Positions 59,856-64,000 of a stretch of DNA of 64,000 nucleotides are shown piece after piece. Made by a program: the position numbers and the translations under genes. This stretch comes from Dictyostelium discoideum. Lineage: Eukaryota. The stretch is taken from NCBI GenBank assembly GCA_000004695.1, contig CM000151.3, positions 4,160,001-4,224,000 of the forward strand. The letters are read 5' to 3'. A model generated the notes under the pieces. It ran no database searches. It saw only the letters and a list, made by a program, of their open reading frames with translations, and was not told the DNA's origin. The first letter of the stretch is position 1. Each line of letters begins with the position of its first letter.

Positions 59856-60797
59856 TATTTTTAAATTTTAAATCAAAAAACCACACTAAAAAAAAAAAAA
59901 AAAAAAAAAAAAAGGTATCTATTTTTTTTATATTTTTAATGAACCCCATAAAAAAAAAAATAGTAAAATAAAATATTGACACGCCTATTATGGATAGATA
60001 AACAGATTAAAAGAGTAAAATTACTTTTTTTTACTTAATTTTTAATTTATTTCATTATTGGTATATTTCTATCATAAAAAATTATTGCTTTTAATTATTT
60101 TTATTATTATTGTTTATTTTTTTTTTTTTTTTTTTTATTATTATTAATGATAAAAAAAAAAAAAAAAAAAAAAGATTTATATAAAATAAATAATTATTTA
60201 TCATACATTCAATTTTATTAACTTTAAATGTTTGTAAACTATGGTTATATGGATATATTTTTTTTTTTTTTTAGATATTTTTGGATTATGCAAATTTTTA
60301 TTTTTTTTTATTTTTTTTTTTTTTTTATATTTTTTTTTTTTTTACATCAGCCTTTTTATTTGAAAATAATGAACCAATAAAAAAAAAAATAAAAAATAAA
60401 AAAAATAAAAAAATGAAAAACAAAAAAAAAAAAAAATCTTTTGTGGTAATTTGATTGTGAAATTAAAAGAGGCAAGCACCCCCACCACATAATTCAACAC
60501 AGATATATTTAACAATTATTTTTTTTTTTTAAGAACATAAAAAAAAAACACAAACAACAATCAATTTTTTTTTAAAAAAAAAAAAAAAAACAAAAAAAAA
60601 AAAAACAAAACCACATTTTTTTTTTTTTATTTTTTTTTTGTTTTGCATTTTTAATTTGTATTTTTTTAAAGTAATTAACTATAAATAAAATTAATATTAA
60701 TATTTTTATAATTTTTTTTTAAAACAACCACCCTTTCATTCACATCACAATTAAATCTGATATTTTTTAAAAATATACTAAATCGACCAAATCTTGA

Positions 60798-60830
<33 letters not shown>

Positions 60831-61134
60831 TAAAAATAATAATAAAAATAATAATTAGAGTGATAAAAATATTAAAAAAAAAAAATAAATAAAAAATAAA
60901 ATAAAATAAAAATTGTGGTAATAAAATAATAATTGTGTTGAAATTTCTATTTTTAAACAATAAAATAATTTTTTTAAATTCACACCATATTATTAATTTT
61001 AATTAGGAAATAAATAAAAAAAAAAATAAAAAAAATAACAATTAAAAAAAAAAAAAAAAAAAAAAACAATATTAATATTTTTTTTTTTTTAAAAAAAAAA
61101 ATTAAATTAATTTCACAATAGTAGCAACATATAA

Positions 61135-61167
<33 letters not shown>

Positions 61168-61284
61168 ATATATATTTTTTTTATTAAATGAAAATTTTGT
61201 TTGAATAATTAAAAAGAGATTAAACAATTAAAAAAACAAAATAATAATAATAATAAAATAAATAAATAAATTAAATAAAAAAAA

Positions 61285-62274
61285 ATGAAGACTCATAAAA
61301 AAAAGAAGTCATTGGGAGGATTATTTTCACATTCTTCATCTAGTCCAAATTTAAAAAGTTTTTTAACTGAAGAAGTAATACATGAACAACAACAACAACA
61401 ACAACAACATAATAATAATAATAATAATAATAATAATCATCAAAGACAACCATCCACAACATCAACATCATCATATATTGATAGTGCATCATCATCAATT
61501 GAAGAAACTAGTGGTTATTTAAGTAAAACTTCAAGTTCATCATCATTACCATCATCACCATTACATAATCAAAATCAAAATCAAAATGGTAATATTCAAT
61601 TAAATAGTAGTAGTGGATCTTTAAATAATAATGAACAACAACAACAACAACAATCTATATCACAAACATCATCACCAAATACATCATCACCAATAATGGG
61701 TAAAAAGAAACCATCAAGATTAGCACAAGCATTCAAGAGGGTTAAAAATAATGGTAATAATAAATTAAAGAAAGAGATTGAAGAATTAACTAATAAAACT
61801 GGATTAAATCAACAATATACTCATTCAAATTTACCATTCAATGTTGTAGAATCTGATATTGACAATGGTAGTAGTGGTGGTACAACTTCATCCACTGGCA
61901 ATATAATTAGTCATTCTAAAAGTCCATCATCATCATCATCGTCATCGTCATCGAAAAAACATCAAAGAAAATCAAGATTTATTGAACCAATTTCACAATC
62001 AACTGAAGATTATACAGATATACCAAGAATCATTAAAATGTCTGTAGAATATCTATTTGAAAAATGTTTATTAGTACCTGGTATCTTTAGAGAAAGTGCA
62101 AATGCAATGGAATTACAAAGATTATCACAACTATTCGAAAAAGGTGGTGATATAGATTTATCTGAATATACTGATCCTCATTGTATTGGTGGTTTATTAA
62201 AATTATATTTTAGAGAAAAACCAATTCCAATATTTCCATATGATTTACATAAAAGAATTTATTCTGGTAAGTTT

Positions 62275-62309
<35 letters not shown>

Positions 62310-62362
62310 CAAAAAAATTTAATTTTATTAATTATATTTTTTATTTATTTATTTATTTAATT

Positions 62363-62431
<69 letters not shown>

Positions 62432-63274
62432 TTAATTTATTTATTAAAAAAAAAGTATTAAATGAAGAAGATTCAAATATTAAAGTTAAATCATTATTAG
62501 AAAGTGGATTAGGTAAAGGTCAATTTTTAATATTAAGATATTTATTTGAATTATTAAATGCAGTTTCAATCAATTGTAATGTTAATTTTATGAATTATCA
62601 AAATTTAGCAATTTGTTTTGCACCATCTTTAATTCAATCATTTGATTTATCTTGTTATGATGTAATTGAAAGATTAATTGAAAATTATCATTCTATATTT
62701 GGTGTAGTTGTACCTGTTGTTGATAATTCTTCAAATGTTTCTTCATCATCTTTAGCACATCCAATAATTGGTGGTAAATCCGAAACAAATGTTTCTTTAA
62801 ATAATTTAACTGTAACAATATTAGATCATGGTGATATAAATAATAATTCAAATAGTAGTAATAATAATAATAGTTCATCATCATCATCACCATATAAAAA
62901 ATCACCAAAGCCATCACCAAAATCATCACCAAAACTTAATAATAGGAATAGTATTAGTCCAAAATTAAGCTCAAGTACTAGTTTTAGAAAAAGTATCAAT
63001 TTAAGTAGTAATAGTATAATGATTTCAGATGAAGTTCAACAAGAGCAACAGAACCAACAACAACAACAAGATGAACAACAAGATGAACAACAAGATGAAC
63101 AACAAGATGAACAACAAGATGAACAAAATTCAAATAGTACTAGTATTAATACATCAAGTAGTAGTATAACTAGGCCAAGAAAAGGTTCCACTGTACAATA
63201 TTTAAATAGAATTAATACTTGTCGTAGACCAAGTTCTTGGACAAATAATAATAGAATTAAACAACAACAACATC

Positions 63275-63305
<31 letters not shown>

Positions 63306-64000
63306 TCAACAACATCAACAACAACAATCATCTTCATCTGAATCAAATTCAAGCCTTACGTCAAGCCCTCAAAAGAGATTAAATAGTGTAAATGGTTTAG
63401 AATCATATGAAGAGGGTAAAAATGTAAATGAAATTTATTCTTCATTAAAAGAAGAATCTTCAAAACTACCTAAAAAGAGTTCATTAAATCGACAAATGAC
63501 AATTGTAAATAGTAATAATATAGGTAATGGTGATGAAAAGAATAGCGATTGTACAACAAGTGATGAAGATGAAGAATTAAAAATTTCAAAACCAATTATA
63601 AGATCTACAAGTGTTAATGAAATATTAAAAGAAACCAATGATGATAATAATAATAATGATCAAATAAACAATAGTAATAGTAGTAATAATATACCTAAAA
63701 CAACAATCACTACTACTACTAATAATACAACTACTACAAATAATATTTCACCAATAGTTAAATCAAAATCACAAATAATAACATCTTCAGCTAAAGTAAC
63801 ACCAACACCAACTCCAGCACCAATGCAAACGTCATCATTTTTATCAACAAAACAAACAAATTCACCATCATCATCATCATCACCATCATCAACAGTATCA
63901 TCTACATCTTCATCTCCCTCTTCATCCTTATCTTCATCAATTGATAATAAAACAATGTCAAATGTAAACTATAATAGATTTCAACCTGCAAATAGAACTG
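61285..64000 (+). CDS. RhoGAP-domain protein that is Ser/Asn/Gln-rich. It has at least two exons, join(61285..62266, 62456..>64000), and the ORF is still open at the window end.
   Basis: The RhoGAP core reads 'IPRIIKMSVEYLFEKCLLVPGIFRESANAMELQRLSQLFEKGGDIDLSEYTDPHCIGGLLKLYFREKPIPIFPYDLHKRIYSG|VLNEEDSNIKVKSLLESGLGKGQFLILRYLFELLNAVSINCNVNFMNYQNLAICFAPSLI'. It carries the GIFR arginine finger and the 'N...NLA.VFGP'-like motif. A GTAAGT donor lies at 62267. The intron is an (ATTT)n run. The acceptor at 62454-55 keeps the frame. No stop appears through 64000. Confidence 0.85.

Noticed and set aside
59935-59955. DUSE-like 'ACCCCATAA' motifs (also at about 49815 and 53610) that might mark snRNA or Class I ncRNA genes
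   Set aside because: No downstream sequence with the expected ncRNA features could be found about 60 bp 3' of the motifs. That would be a GTT start with a conserved 3' 'CCTTACAGCAA' or snRNA Sm sites. This is insufficient to call.

Overview
This window is nuclear genomic DNA from a dictyostelid amoeba, almost certainly Dictyostelium discoideum. It is extremely AT-rich, with long homopolymer and trinucleotide microsatellites, Asn/Gln/Thr-rich coding low complexity, and short introns that start GTAAGT or GTATGT and are often placed right after the ATG. It is eukaryotic, so there are no operons, no CRISPR arrays and no prokaryotic mobile elements.

About 22 protein-coding genes can be supported. 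Confident housekeeping genes are an ABCA-type ABC transporter (3' part off-window), Prp18 splicing factor, V-ATPase subunit H, paxillin B, mitochondrial-type threonyl-tRNA synthetase, TAF12, a mitochondrial-type 2-Cys peroxiredoxin, a Cid1/GLD-2-family non-canonical poly(A) polymerase, an F-BAR+SH3 PACSIN-like protein, a RhoGAP protein, and an MFS transporter. Several genes are lineage-specific Asn-rich hypotheticals.

The most unusual content is the accessory-looking set below:
- Two bacterial-type enzymes embedded in Dictyostelium-style gene structures, which are horizontal-transfer candidates: a secreted SLT/GH23 lytic-transglycosylase-like protein with a Ser/Gly linker, and an ANT(6)/AadK-like nucleotidyltransferase.
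- A tandem pair of tiny secreted 6-Cys peptides.
- A secreted WAP (four-disulfide core) protein.
- Two paralogous giant proteins that share an N-terminal 'LFWKVFxNKxLF' motif.
- A large gene split by a one-base indel in a T9 homopolymer.
- A partial tandem duplicate of one gene's 3' end.
- Repeated candidate cis-elements upstream of genes.

No tRNA, rRNA or convincing small ncRNA could be supported by eye.
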